Notes: a model not told the origin generated them from the sequence alone. DNA of 45,171 nt from Puniceicoccales bacterium (GCA_031287845.1 JAITSI010000073.1:1-45171); one strand, 5' to 3'. Positions 7,886-19,100 are shown, counted from the first letter of the stretch. Made by a program: numbers and translations.

Positions 7886-9252
7886 ATTTGTCCCCCATAG
7901 TTTTGAAACAGGGTCAACGTCCGATCGAAGGCTAGGGTAACCAGCCCGGTTGGCCCATTGCGCTGCTTAGCTAGGATTAATTCCCGCAGGATGACATTGC
8001 CCTCCGATGCAAGCTCCTCGTCCTGGTCCCGCATGCGGGACAGCAGCAGCACCACGTCCGCATCCTGCTCGATGGCCCCCGATTCCCGCAGATCCGACAG
8101 CCTGGGCCGCCGATTTTCCCTATCCGAATCCCGGTTCAGCTGGCTCAACACCAGAACCGGTAGCTGCAATTCCTTGGCCATGGCCTTGATACCCCGGGAA
8201 ATTTCCGCGATCTGCTGTTCCCGCTGCACCCGGTTGTCCATGCCGGCGATGAGCTGCAGGTAGTCCACCACGATCAGCCCAAGCTGCTGCTTGCCGTGGA
8301 TGCGTCGGGCTCGGGCCCGCAGTTCCAGTATGTTTAGGTTCGATGACTCGTCGATCCAGAGGGGCGCGTCGCACAGCTCATCGGTGGACTGGGTTAGCCG
8401 TTTTTGGTCCTCCCGCGTCACGTAGCCGGCGCGGATGTTTCCCAACCCAATGCCGGCTCGGGCGCAGAGCAGGCGCATGGCCAACTGCTCCGCACCCATC
8501 TCCAGGCTAAAGAATAGGGTAGGGACGGCCTTTTTTCCGGCCGGCGGCAGAATGTTGTGGGAGGCGACATTGAGGGCGATGCTGGTCTTTCCCATGGATG
8601 GCCTTGCGGCGATTATCACCATTTCCCCGCTATGAAAGCCGGAAGTGAGCCGGTCCAGGTCGATGAAGCCACTGCCCACGCCAATCAGTTCCCCCTGGTT
8701 CTTAAGCAGGAACTGCACGTTCTGCACGGCCTGCTTAAGGGGCACGCTGAGTGGCTGCGCCGTTTCCCGCAGCACATCCCGGCTCACCGCAAAGATTTTT
8801 TCCTCCGCCTGGCCCAGGAATGGGGACACGTTGTCCAGGTGGGATGGCGCCTCCACGGCGATGCCATTGGCGACCGCCATGATGCGGCGGATGAGCTCGT
8901 AGTCCCGCACGCGGTCGACAAAATACTCAATGTGGGCATAGGTATCGACGCGGCTGCAGAGCTGGGCCAGGTACTCCGCGCCGCCCGCGTCGGCCAGGAT
9001 GCCATTTGCCTCCAGCGAGTCCCGTAAAATGATCTCGTCGATGGGCTTTTCCCGGCGGTAGATGGCTAAAATTTCCCCAAAGACTACGCGATTCCAGGGC
9101 AGGTAGAACGATTCGGCGCTCACGTTCCGCTGGATACAGAGCGGTACGCTCTCCTTCCCTCCCTCAAAAATGCAGCACCCGAGTAGGGCCTGTTCCAGCT
9201 CGATACTGTGGGGTTGTTGTGGCTTTTGCGCTGCCGTTGATTGTCTTTCCAT
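7876..9252 (-). CDS. dnaB: Replicative DNA helicase DnaB
   Basis: It is full length at 458 aa. It has the N-terminal domain (IELEQALLGCCI...), Walker A (ARPSMGKTS), LIVVDYLQL, SQLNR and RESGAIEQDAD motifs. Confidence 0.95.
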   Translation of the reverse strand: MERQSTAAQKPQQPHSIELEQALLGCCIFEGGKESVPLCIQRNVSAESFYLPWNRVVFGEILAIYRREKPIDEIILRDSLEANGILADAGGAEYLAQLCSRVDTYAHIEYFVDRVRDYELIRRIMAVANGIAVEAPSHLDNVSPFLGQAEEKIFAVSRDVLRETAQPLSVPLKQAVQNVQFLLKNQGELIGVGSGFIDLDRLTSGFHSGEMVIIAARPSMGKTSIALNVASHNILPPAGKKAVPTLFFSLEMGAEQLAMRLLCARAGIGLGNIRAGYVTREDQKRLTQSTDELCDAPLWIDESSNLNILELRARARRIHGKQQLGLIVVDYLQLIAGMDNRVQREQQIAEISRGIKAMAKELQLPVLVLSQLNRDSDRENRRPRLSDLRESGAIEQDADVVLLLSRMRDQDEELASEGNVILRELILAKQRNGPTGLVTLAFDRTLTLFQNYGGQIQP

Positions 9253-9370
9253 GGTAGAATTGTTCCGACCTGGCCATGTCAGGATAGCTTGGCAAGGTCA
9301 AAAAACAGCGAAAAAAAACCCCTTGCATTCGGTAAGAATTTTCCCAAAATAGGCTGCGGTGAAGCTTGAC

Positions 9371-9588
9371 GCCTTTCGCAATAGGCTGGTCCAGAACGGA
9401 ACGTGCCCCGGGAGAGATACCTGGGCCCATCCACGTGCGCCGTCCGGAACCGGAATTGTCCCGATGGCTTTACTGACAGTGAGTCCGTAGGGAACAGGCC
9501 TTTCGCAATAGGTTGGGCTGGAACGGAACGTGCCCTGGGAGAGATCCTGGGCCCATCCACGTGCGCCGTCCGGAACCAAAATTGTCCC
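9371..9588 (+). repeat. Two ~92-bp direct repeats (9371..9463 and 9498..9588) in the dnaB/capsid intergenic region
   Basis: Both units read gcctttcgcaatagg(c/t)tgg..gaacggaacgtgccc.gggagagat.cctgggcccatccacgtgcgccgtccggaacc..aattgtccc. Identity is ~90% and the period is 127 bp. Each unit contains CACGTG and CCGTCCGGA. Confidence 0.9.
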
Positions 9589-9681
9589 CAGGTCCAGCGC
9601 GATTCCGCTAAACGTTGCCGCAACGCCTTTTAGCAGAGCGGGTTGGTTGGATTGTGGGAAAATTTGGTGGAGGAAAGGGCC

Positions 9682-10584
9682 GTGTTATTTGATTTAGCAA
9701 ACTATGACATGACGAAGTTCGTGGTGCAGGCGATTGCGCAGATTCGTCAGAATAGGCAGTTGGCGAACGTTGCAACGGAGTACGATTGCAATGGCGCATC
9801 GAGTGTGACGATCCCCGTTTTTTCGGGTGGGCAGGCGACCTCGCATGTGCCTGGAGCAGACATTCCAGACTACGGCGGCGGGGTAACGAAGGCGACCATT
9901 ACGGTGGCGGACTGGGACGCCGGCACCTATCTGGACTACTTTCTCCTCAACAAGAACAACTTCTCCTATGAAAACTTTGTGGAGAGAACTGGCATTCCGG
10001 CTGCGGTTTGCCAGCGGATGGACCAGACGATTCTGGACGCGCTTACTGCGGCAAGCGGAGTCCCAACCTACGATGGGGGAACGACAAACCTTCTGGCGAT
10101 ACTTTCGGATATCGAGGCGATGATGGACGAGCAGGAGCTCTACATCCCGATGGCGGACCGCTATTTGATCCTGCCGGCGGCGGCGAAGCCAATCTTCTTT
10201 ACCGATGACAAGATGATGTCCAACAACTACGTACAGCTGCAGTTGAATAACATCAGCGAGGGGAAAATTGGCAAAATTCTAGGATTCAACCTCATTTTCT
10301 TTAGTAAGATTCGCTGGGGCGGTCTAGAAAGTGAGCTGGTAGACGGCGGCGTCAATCGTCGATGGACTTGCTACGCAACGAGTAAGGTGTCGATTGGCCA
10401 CGCGTCCGGCTACGGAGCAAATCGCTCACCGGACGGAACCGGCGGTGTCTTTAAGACGGAGGAGATGCCCCACCGGGGAGGCTTCTTCGTCAACGCACCG
10501 TTCAGTGACGGAGCCAAGGTGGTGATCCCCAAGGGAATAGTTCGATTTACCCTCACAACCAAAAACTACAACACGAACCTCTAG
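9682..10584 (+). CDS. Major capsid protein
   Basis: It is ~300 aa and the first large gene after the scaffold, ignoring the inserted island. GTG 9682 follows GGAGGAAAGGG; the ORF is open from 9643, and ATG 9709 is an alternative start. The call rests on position, size and a general coat-protein look. Confidence 0.7.
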   Translation: MLFDLANYDMTKFVVQAIAQIRQNRQLANVATEYDCNGASSVTIPVFSGGQATSHVPGADIPDYGGGVTKATITVADWDAGTYLDYFLLNKNNFSYENFVERTGIPAAVCQRMDQTILDALTAASGVPTYDGGTTNLLAILSDIEAMMDEQELYIPMADRYLILPAAAKPIFFTDDKMMSNNYVQLQLNNISEGKIGKILGFNLIFFSKIRWGGLESELVDGGVNRRWTCYATSKVSIGHASGYGANRSPDGTGGVFKTEEMPHRGGFFVNAPFSDGAKVVIPKGIVRFTLTTKNYNTNL

Positions 10585-10599
10585 CGGGAGAATAGAACA

Positions 10600-11220
10600 A
10601 TGGCATTCAACAAACTCTACTTTTCGTCCATTGCGAACCAGCAGGTGGCGGGCGAGCGGATCCAGACCTGGCAGTACGAGTCCACGGACCCGCTGGCGGA
10701 GCTGGTGGGGGCAAATTACTTCGCGGAGATGCATAACTCCCTGAAGGTCAATGATTTGATCCACGTGATCCAGATGGACGCGACCCGTCAGGTGGCCCAA
10801 TGGCGCCATGACCTGACCGTGCGCGTGAGCGAGGCGCTTGACGGACCTAACCTGGTGGCGGTGACGGCGTTGCCGGAGCTGGCCGACGCAACGACCAGCG
10901 TGCTGGAATTTTCCGATATTGGGACAACGGCGACGCTGGCCCTACCGACGTTTCCCGCTGCGGTGGAGGTGGTTGGCGCCTACGCGGTTCTGCTGGGGAA
11001 CTTGGATGGCTCCGCATCGCTGGCATTGGCGGTGAAATCCACGGATCCGAAGACGGTCTATTCCGGAACCATCACGGCACCAGCTACCTACGGTGCTGAG
11101 TTGACTCTGACGGCCGGGGCGCAGGACACGGACACCACCTTCACGGTGACCCTAACGGCGACTTCGGTTTCGGCAAATGGTGGCACCCTGCGCGTCTTCG
11201 TCCAGACAAAGGTGGCCTGA
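10600..11220 (+). CDS. Hypothetical virion protein (possible capsid decoration/cement protein, by position)
   Basis: A 206-aa, Thr/Ala/Val-rich, beta-type sequence lies directly after the capsid gene. Confidence 0.5.
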   Translation: MAFNKLYFSSIANQQVAGERIQTWQYESTDPLAELVGANYFAEMHNSLKVNDLIHVIQMDATRQVAQWRHDLTVRVSEALDGPNLVAVTALPELADATTSVLEFSDIGTTATLALPTFPAAVEVVGAYAVLLGNLDGSASLALAVKSTDPKTVYSGTITAPATYGAELTLTAGAQDTDTTFTVTLTATSVSANGGTLRVFVQTKVA

Positions 11221-11834
11221 TGCCCAGGGAAATCCAGACGGCGGTCCAGGTTGCGAATTGCGCCCTGCGAATTCTGCAAATGCCTGAGATCGAGTCCTTT
11301 GATGAGGATTCGACTCCGGCCAGGACCGTCAAAATGTACTATGACCTGGCCCTGCGCAAATGCATTGGCGCCTACAAGTGGCAATTTTCGCAAAATCAGA
11401 GCGAATTGGAGCAGCTGGCTACGGCGGAGTTGCCCCAGTGGAAATTTTCCTATAAACTTCCACCGGACATGATTGCGCTAATCTGGCTACGGTGCGGAAC
11501 GGAAAATGGTCCGGGCTGGAACAATTTGCAAAACTACGAAATCGTGGCTGGAAACGTGGTTTGCACCAATGCCAATGCACCCCTATTCTGCCGCTACCAG
11601 TATGAAGCGCCGGTGGCTGCAATGCCGAACTATTTTTTGGACTATCTGATCCAAGAACTTGCGGAGGAGTTGGCTCCGGTATTTGGCTATAATGTGGTGG
11701 GGCAGAAGATCCTATCCGACAGGGTAAGGGATAGTTTCGGCAAAATGAACATGGCCATTTTGACGGAAGTCAGGCAATTGGGCAGTCAGAAACCGATGCC
11801 AATGGGGAAGTTGGCCATGGGAAGAAATTGGTAG
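11220..11834 (+). CDS. Tail tubular protein A / adaptor (T7 gp11-like)
   Basis: The start overlaps the previous stop as TGATG. The N-terminal pattern VANCALRILQMPEIESFDEDSTPARTVKMYYDLALRKCIGAYKWQFS parallels T7 gp11 (...ILASIGEPPVSTLEGD...RILNKINRQIQSRGWTFN). The later MPNYFLDYLI parallels MPECFRYWIV. Size is ~200 aa. Confidence 0.6.
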   Translation: MPREIQTAVQVANCALRILQMPEIESFDEDSTPARTVKMYYDLALRKCIGAYKWQFSQNQSELEQLATAELPQWKFSYKLPPDMIALIWLRCGTENGPGWNNLQNYEIVAGNVVCTNANAPLFCRYQYEAPVAAMPNYFLDYLIQELAEELAPVFGYNVVGQKILSDRVRDSFGKMNMAILTEVRQLGSQKPMPMGKLAMGRNW

Positions 11835-11838
11835 AATC

Positions 11839-13596
11839 ATGAAGAAAATTTCCGTTTACCAGGGGAACTTCACCAAGGGGGAAATCGATCCCCACCTCTA
11901 CGCCAGCCCGCATTTGAACACCTACCGGGAAGGTCTAGAAAGCGCGGTGAACGTTTGGGCGACTGCCACTGGAGCCATCGCCAAACGCTACGGGATCAAA
12001 GTCTTACACGATTTTCCGTCCGGTTCCGACGGTGAAAAAATGAAGCTGATTCCCTTCCGCAACAGCGCCGGCACGGACTTCCTCTGCGTGGCCCGGGTGG
12101 GGGAAATTCTACCATTCAATTTGCTACTAAAATCCCCTTTGGCGCCGGTGCCCTGTGCGGCCCTAACGGAGCAAGTTATTCCGCTGCTAAACTTTTCCGC
12201 CTACGGCGACTCCCTGATTTTGGTGGAAAGCGGCCTTTCTCCTCAACAATTGAAATGGGCCGCCGGCGACAATTTCACCGTCGAGACCATCAACTTTTCC
12301 CACATTCCCACCTTTGAATTTTCTCCCAGCAATTCCAATCCCAGCACGACCCTGACGCCGAGCGCAAAGGCTGGCTACGTGACCCTGACAACGGCGGCTG
12401 ATGTCTTCCAGCAGAGCGACTTGGGCAAATACGTGGAGGCACTTCCGACGGGTCGCGTTAAAATTTTCACCTACAATGGTGCCCGCTCCGTGGCCGGTTT
12501 TGCGGAGGAAGAATTCTTTGACACCGCAGCCGTTCCTGCCGGTAACTGGACCCTGGAGCGTGGCTGGGAACCGCTCTGGGGCAACGATTTCTATCCTGCA
12601 ACCTGCATCTTCCACGAGGATCGGCTAATTCTGGCGAATTTCCACCGGGCCCGCACCACCTTCGCCTATTCCATCGCCGGAGCGCCATTCGACTTTTCAA
12701 CGGGTGACGGCAGCATTGCATTTGGCGGAGTGCGAACCCTAAGCCGGGACCAGTCCGACGCCATTCGCCACGCCTACAGTGCGAATTCGCTCTACTTCTT
12801 TTGTTACAATTCCGAATACGTTGTGGACCAGAATCAAACGCTCGAATTGGGTATGGCCCCCATCCGCCACGACTCTTCAAGGGGCTGCATGGCAGAGATT
12901 AAGCCAATGGAGGGAGAGGATGGCGGTCTCTACTTTTTTCAACCGAATGGCAGGGGGATTTCCGAATTTCGCTACTACTTCGACCGGGCAAGCTACGAGG
13001 CCCGCAACTTTTCCGCCCACTTTGGCCACCTGCTCTCCGGTCCCCGCTCCGCGGCGCTGTGGAAGGGCGATGACTACTTCTCCACCAACATCCTATTCTT
13101 CGTCACCGAGGACAAAAAGCTCTTCGCTGTGACCGTCAAACTGGAGGAAAAAATCTGCGCCTGCTGTCGCGTAGAACCGGAAAATCTTAATTTTGACAGC
13201 GTCTGCACCGCAGGAAACCAGATCTATTTCATTCAGTACGATAGAGTTATGGATGTTTATTCCATCGGGTATTTCGACCGCAATGCAAGCCGCAGCGATG
13301 GGGATGTCCCCTTCGAGTCCAAAATCACGCAATTGCCCATCGCCGGAGAAATGCCATTCCTCACGGACAGTGTAAGTACGACTGCCACAGTTATCTACGC
13401 CATCGACGTTGGGAAATTGCTCATCGAAGGAAGGCGCGTCTACGAGGGCAAGGCCAAAACGGGCCGCTTCGTCCACACATTCCCCACCGGATTTGAAAGT
13501 GGCGGAAAGGTAACGATTTCCGACGGAGGTCAGAGCGCAAATTGGACGCTCTGCGGGATCGGCCGGGAGGCTCTGGTGGGGGGTCCGGACCGGTGA
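11839..13596 (+). CDS. Tail tubular protein B / nozzle (T7 gp12-like)
   Basis: It follows the gp11-like gene. The N-terminus YQGNFTKGEIDPHLYASPHLNTYREGLESAVNV...GAIAKRYG resembles the gp12 start (NLKGGISQQPDILRYPDQG...N...GLQKRP). Confidence 0.55.
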   Translation: MKKISVYQGNFTKGEIDPHLYASPHLNTYREGLESAVNVWATATGAIAKRYGIKVLHDFPSGSDGEKMKLIPFRNSAGTDFLCVARVGEILPFNLLLKSPLAPVPCAALTEQVIPLLNFSAYGDSLILVESGLSPQQLKWAAGDNFTVETINFSHIPTFEFSPSNSNPSTTLTPSAKAGYVTLTTAADVFQQSDLGKYVEALPTGRVKIFTYNGARSVAGFAEEEFFDTAAVPAGNWTLERGWEPLWGNDFYPATCIFHEDRLILANFHRARTTFAYSIAGAPFDFSTGDGSIAFGGVRTLSRDQSDAIRHAYSANSLYFFCYNSEYVVDQNQTLELGMAPIRHDSSRGCMAEIKPMEGEDGGLYFFQPNGRGISEFRYYFDRASYEARNFSAHFGHLLSGPRSAALWKGDDYFSTNILFFVTEDKKLFAVTVKLEEKICACCRVEPENLNFDSVCTAGNQIYFIQYDRVMDVYSIGYFDRNASRSDGDVPFESKITQLPIAGEMPFLTDSVSTTATVIYAIDVGKLLIEGRRVYEGKAKTGRFVHTFPTGFESGGKVTISDGGQSANWTLCGIGREALVGGPDR

Positions 13597-14051
13597 AAAT
13601 TTCCCAATTTAAAAAATACGTAACCCCGCTGGGCATCGCCATGGCGGCTGCCCAACTGCTCGGTAGACTTGGCAGTGGACGGGCTGGGAAGCGTCGGGAG
13701 GAAATGTCGCTCCTGTCCGCGGAAATCGATAAAGCTGTTGGACAGAGCAACATACTAAAATCCGCCACGGAGGGCTACGGACTTTCCACCGTCGCCTCGT
13801 CCCACGCGGGCGGCTTTGCTCCGAACGTCTTTTCGGGGAGCTGGAGCAACGTTGCCGCGGATTGGAGAGCCGCCCAAAACCACTATGACAGTGTCCTAGG
13901 TCAGGTACAGTCAGATAGTTCTGCCAATCGCACCAAACAACTTTTCTCCGCGGTCAACTCCCTCCTGTCCCTCTGGAATGGCAGACGGATGGCCCGGGCG
14001 AATCAAAAAATTTTCCCAAACGCAGCCGCATCGCTCCTGGATCTGGACTAA
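13593..14051 (+). CDS. Internal virion protein (gp14-like, by order and size)
   Basis: GTG 13593 overlaps the previous TGA. It is ~152 aa with a hydrophobic N-terminal segment (LGIAMAAAQLLG). The ORF is open from 13542. Confidence 0.45.
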   Translation: MKISQFKKYVTPLGIAMAAAQLLGRLGSGRAGKRREEMSLLSAEIDKAVGQSNILKSATEGYGLSTVASSHAGGFAPNVFSGSWSNVAADWRAAQNHYDSVLGQVQSDSSANRTKQLFSAVNSLLSLWNGRRMARANQKIFPNAAASLLDLD

Positions 14052-14055
14052 AAAA

Positions 14056-16185
14056 ATGGCCGAATTCTACCAGCGTCATCTCGACCCATCCCCGGCATCC
14101 GACCTATCTGCGGGATCGTTGACTCTGGCGAAGGGCTTTGGGGACATTGCCCAGTCCCTTAACGAAATCCGCGTCGTCCAGCAGGAGAACGAAAACTTGC
14201 TCCGTCGCAGCGAGTTCCAAAACTTTGCCCGGCGTGAGGCGCTCGCCGCTTACGAGGAAAATCCGGTCGATCTGGACGCCTACCGGGCTAGCTTTCGCAA
14301 ACGCCTCGAGAGTTACCAGGTCTCCCTGGGAGATGCGGTGGCCTACGGCACAATCGTAAATAACACGGAGGGACAGTTTTATTCGACGATTCTATCCGGA
14401 AAGGATAGGGCTCTACGGGAGTCATTGAAGTATAACGCCTTAGACACGGCAGAAGGCTTCATTAAAACCGGCATTCGCATAGGCGACGGTACCATTCAAA
14501 GTCCGGACCCGGCACTGGAGATCTACGAAAATTTAACAAATGCCACGGGCATGCTAATGTCCACGGCTGCGGACGGCAGCCAACTATTTACTCCTGAGGA
14601 AATTGCCAATGCTACGGACAGCTGGACCCTGCAAATTTTACAGGGCCGGCAGGCGGTGGATTTGAACGGCAACATTTCGCTGGAAGCGCTGGCTAGGGTC
14701 GCGGACCCGAATTTTGACTACACGGTGACCGTGCCCAATCCCGTCGGCGAGCCTCTCACATTTCGGACGAGCGACCTCTCGGAGGGACGGCGCAACCAAT
14801 TCCAAACTGCTTCGATGGAGCGGGTTGCGGCGCTGCTGCAGAAGGAATCTGACGCTGCCGCGCTGGACCAGGCCCAACGGCTTTGGATCGGTGAGGAGAT
14901 CTTTCTTCCCGGCAACTCCGCGGACAAAAAGGCGCTGGAACTGCTTGCGAATGTGCAGGTTGCGGACAGCCCAATCGCCTTTGAAAATTTACAACTGCAC
15001 ATGGACAATTGCCGAAGCTACGTGGAGCGCTTCGAACTTTTGCCCGAACCCTACGCCCGGACAATTTTGTCGCTGGTGAACGCCGACAGCCCGCATGCGG
15101 CGGTCATGGGGGCGAAAATCATTGGTTCCCTGATGGAAATTTCTCCGGACACGGCAAAGACCATGGCAAAATCCTTCGATGACGCCACATTGCTGCGGGC
15201 CAAGATGTTACACGGACTCATACAGGGCGGAACTCCGCTCACCGACGCCCTAGTCGCGGTAAAAAGCGCAATGGCAATGGACGTCCACGCCTTGCAAACG
15301 AAGCTTCGGGAAAGAACAACGTCGGAAAAATCCCGGAACAAATTCTACGGAAGTGATGTAAATGCAAAGACATACGGCCATGACGGCGTGGACATATACC
15401 GGCGAATGGTAGACGCATTTTTTCTAACCAACGGCGGCAACCGGGATTCCGCAGTCGCCGTCGCTAAAGCCCGCATCGACTCCGAATTTGCAGAAACGAA
15501 AATAGGAGCCGACGGCGATTGGCACATGCCTCTATTCGGAAGGAAGCGGCGCAAATTTCGCAACACTCCGGAGGCGGTTTTTGGTAAAAATTCCTCGAAA
15601 ATCATTAACAACGTCCTCCGCGCCGCAGCGCCGGAAATCTCACTTAAAACCGGTATTCCCTGTGACTTAGCACACATCATGCTGGTGGCAACGCCGGCAA
15701 CGGACTGGGCCGTGGAAAACGGGGAAAATCCGAGCTGGGTCATCGCCCGGAAAAATGACGACGGTTCGACGATTTTCTATTTCGATGCGAAGACCGGAAA
15801 TCCGCTGGTATTTTCCCTGGACGAAGGCGTGCGGCAGGAAATCTATATTGCCGACTTGGAGGATGTTGCGGCTGTGGATAGGTGGTCCAAACTCCTTTCC
15901 GTCCTTCAAGCATCCGATCCTTACACCTGGAATTTTGCGGGTATGGAAATTTTTTTCCCCATGGCAATTGCCCACGTGGAGGAGCTAGGCATTTCCGATG
16001 CACTTGTTGACATGCAGATGGGATTGGGCGAGGACGCGTCCTCGAGTTTTTCCACAATTTCCCAATTTTTCCACAACCTATGGGCCACACACCGGGCCAA
16101 GAAGCGGGAGGGTGCATTGGGGCGCAGTAATTTAAAAACAAAAACTCCTCCAAAGGCGATGCGGGAACGGGAGGCAATGCCATGA
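14056..16185 (+). CDS. Internal virion / ejection protein (gp15-like, by order and size)
   Basis: It is 709 aa from ATG 14056, just after the previous TAA. Its stop overlaps the next gene start (ATGA). Confidence 0.55.
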   Translation: MAEFYQRHLDPSPASDLSAGSLTLAKGFGDIAQSLNEIRVVQQENENLLRRSEFQNFARREALAAYEENPVDLDAYRASFRKRLESYQVSLGDAVAYGTIVNNTEGQFYSTILSGKDRALRESLKYNALDTAEGFIKTGIRIGDGTIQSPDPALEIYENLTNATGMLMSTAADGSQLFTPEEIANATDSWTLQILQGRQAVDLNGNISLEALARVADPNFDYTVTVPNPVGEPLTFRTSDLSEGRRNQFQTASMERVAALLQKESDAAALDQAQRLWIGEEIFLPGNSADKKALELLANVQVADSPIAFENLQLHMDNCRSYVERFELLPEPYARTILSLVNADSPHAAVMGAKIIGSLMEISPDTAKTMAKSFDDATLLRAKMLHGLIQGGTPLTDALVAVKSAMAMDVHALQTKLRERTTSEKSRNKFYGSDVNAKTYGHDGVDIYRRMVDAFFLTNGGNRDSAVAVAKARIDSEFAETKIGADGDWHMPLFGRKRRKFRNTPEAVFGKNSSKIINNVLRAAAPEISLKTGIPCDLAHIMLVATPATDWAVENGENPSWVIARKNDDGSTIFYFDAKTGNPLVFSLDEGVRQEIYIADLEDVAAVDRWSKLLSVLQASDPYTWNFAGMEIFFPMAIAHVEELGISDALVDMQMGLGEDASSSFSTISQFFHNLWATHRAKKREGALGRSNLKTKTPPKAMREREAMP

Positions 16186-19100
16186 ATGATCACCTGCTCA
16201 TTTGGCCGGAGCGCACGCTGGAAAGGAACGAACGAAACGACGTCTATCGTGAACAAACTACTTTTGCGGAAGATGTTGGCCGAGCAATGCGCGACACCGC
16301 CATCTACCGCATTGGAAAAAGATTTGTCGTCGATCCCATTCACAGGATTGTCGAGAGAGACGATTCTGACCCTGACTTTGACTGGCGTGTCTTTGCCGAA
16401 CGCTACTCCTACCGCTACCCGGAGGAAATTTTTCGCAGTGCCAACGGTAAGCGGCAGGCTCTGCGCCACATGGCCGACTACGACCGCTGGCTGCGGGACC
16501 GGACGGCCCAGTCCCGCCACCCGGTAATGAATGCGCTTCTAAACTTCGGTGGTTTCTTAGTCGATCTCACTGCCCTACACGCAATTCCGTTCATTGGCGG
16601 CCTGGGGCACCGCATCCAAAATGCACTTGGGATGAAAATCGCCGGCAAAATGGGAGCCGCCTACGCTGATTCCATCCTGGCCGACGTGATTCCCTGCGCC
16701 ACAGCTTTCATGATGGACACGGGCGCAATTGAGCTGGCCCGCACCCTCGCCTCCGACCGGGAAACCTTGGGAGACAACGCGATGGCCATTTCCGCCAACG
16801 TTGCGCTGGCTGGGTTGCTGGGCGGAGTGCATGGTGCCGTGGGCAAGTACCGCGCCATTAGGAATAGGGCGCGGACACAAAAAGTTGCGGAGAAGTTGGA
16901 TGAGAAGGGTTTACACTTCGATCGTCAGCCAAGCGAAGAGGAGATGGAAAAATTTCTCCGGGACATCGAAGCCGCCACTTCCACGAAGGAGGAGTCGCGC
17001 CGGCCACTTGGTCCAGATGACATTCCCACGTTGGATGACGTGGTGGGGAAAATCCCTGCAGAAGCTGGGCAATCCGTTGTCGTCCAAAGCTTTATTCGCA
17101 AAATTGCCTTTTCGTCCATCGTCAAAGCCAGCACGTCGCCTTGCCCAATCACTCGGAGAATCGCGATGCACCTGGCGGACAGCCGCTCCCTGCGCGTCGG
17201 CCCGGACGCGAATCTGCGCGGCGTGGAAATTCAAATTCGCTCCGAAACAAATCGCCTCACCAACACTGTGGAGACGGCTCTGGGAAAGGCCTGGGAGAAA
17301 GTTCGCCAGGACAAGCGGCCGGAATTTTCCAAAATCAATGAGCAGGAATTTTTCGACTCCATCGGAACGGCCCTCTGGAACGGCGACACATCGGCCAATC
17401 CCTACGCGGCCGAAGTGGCAAAGGAGCTGCGGCCCACAGTCGACAAGATGTTGGAGCTGTGGAAGAAAGCAGATCTTGGCGACCGGAAATCCCACTTCGA
17501 AGAAAAATTTTCCACGGAAGCGGCGAAGTGGGAAAATGAGGTCGCGGAACTGCGAAAGAAAATGACGGAAAAGCCGGACCCGCGGGTGGAAAAGCAGCTC
17601 GACGAGCGTTTGAAACGGCTGCAAAAAATTCGCAAAACCCTGTCAGCAGAACGGGAGGAATTGCAGAAACAATTGGAGGCGAACATCAAATCGCTGATCA
17701 TCGAGGAGGATCAAAATTTTGGCCGGTCCGTTTCCTTAAAAATCGGCAAGATCGACGGTGAACTGGAAAAGCTGCGGAAGCAACTAGCCGGAGAAGAGGG
17801 AGAGCACATCGACAAATTTCGCAAATCCCACGGAGAGAAGTTGCAAAAAAAGATTGATCGGCTGATGGCGGAGCGGGAGGAGCTGCGTGGCCGGCTAGAA
17901 AATTCTCCATCGGCGGCAAAAAGGATCACCGTGGCGATGGATCGGCTGTTGGAGCGCTATCTCATTCGCCAGGAAGAATTAGAGCAAAAAATTGCCCGCC
18001 GAGAGGAACTGCAAAAAACACAGCCAACACCGGGAAATTTGACCCAGCTGCAGCGGCTGCGGACGAGCCACGCCGACCTGGAGGAAAAATTCGGCAAGCT
18101 CATCCAGGAGCGGCAGGAGAAAATTGAAGCCAGCGATAGCCATGGAATTTTAAAGAGCATTTCCATCCGGGAGAGGAACATAGAAAAGCTAGCGGCGTAC
18201 ATGGCAAGAGACGAGAAGCTTCTCGTGGAACTGAAAGGTAAAAAATTCTCCACGGAGACGGCGCGGGAAATAGATCAAACCATGGTACGGCTGCGGCGCA
18301 TACGCGCCAAACTTGAAGCGGACTCGCGGGAACTCAACCGCATTCGCGCGAAGGAGGGTGCGTTCACGGGACTCAAGGGTCGCATAGCGTTGCGGGAAAA
18401 GCATATTATCCTCACCGACAAGGCCTTGGAAGATGCGGAAGCCGCATTGGAAAAGCATCGTAACTGGGAACCGCCGGAGCGGCTGGCGGAAATGGTGGAA
18501 CGGCGCGAGGCTAAGCGCGCGGAAGCGCTGCGCAATTTGGAACGGGTGCGCCGGGGCGAGTTGACCGACGAGGAGTGGGACCTGCCGAATGGAGATCCAT
18601 CCTATATCACACGGCAGTACAACATTGCGGAAATTAGCCGCCGGCCTATTGATTTCATTAACCGCATCAGCGACTGGTACGAGAAAAACGGGGGGCTGAA
18701 CCCGAAGGACGCGCAGGAGCTGGGAATTTTTGTAAAAAACCACATCCTTGGCAACACCTACGACCGCGGCCCAGGCCTGATCCATCTGCCGCAAGTGCGT
18801 GGCATTGAACAAAGAAGGATTCTGGACATCCCAACCTCAGAGATTGCCGACTTTATCATAAAAGATCCGCGGACACTTTTCCCCAAAATGTTTCGCACAA
18901 TTGTCCCAGATTTTCACATTAAGACGCGACTGGGAACCCTGGACACTGGCGAATTTGAGAAAAAAATCACCTCCTGGTATGATGGAGAAATCAGAGACGG
19001 CCGCATGCAAGGTGAAGCGGCGCAGAAACATCTGCAAACGGACGTACGGGCATTGCGCGCACTTATGGCCCGTCTCCGCAACATCAGCAACCTCACCGGC

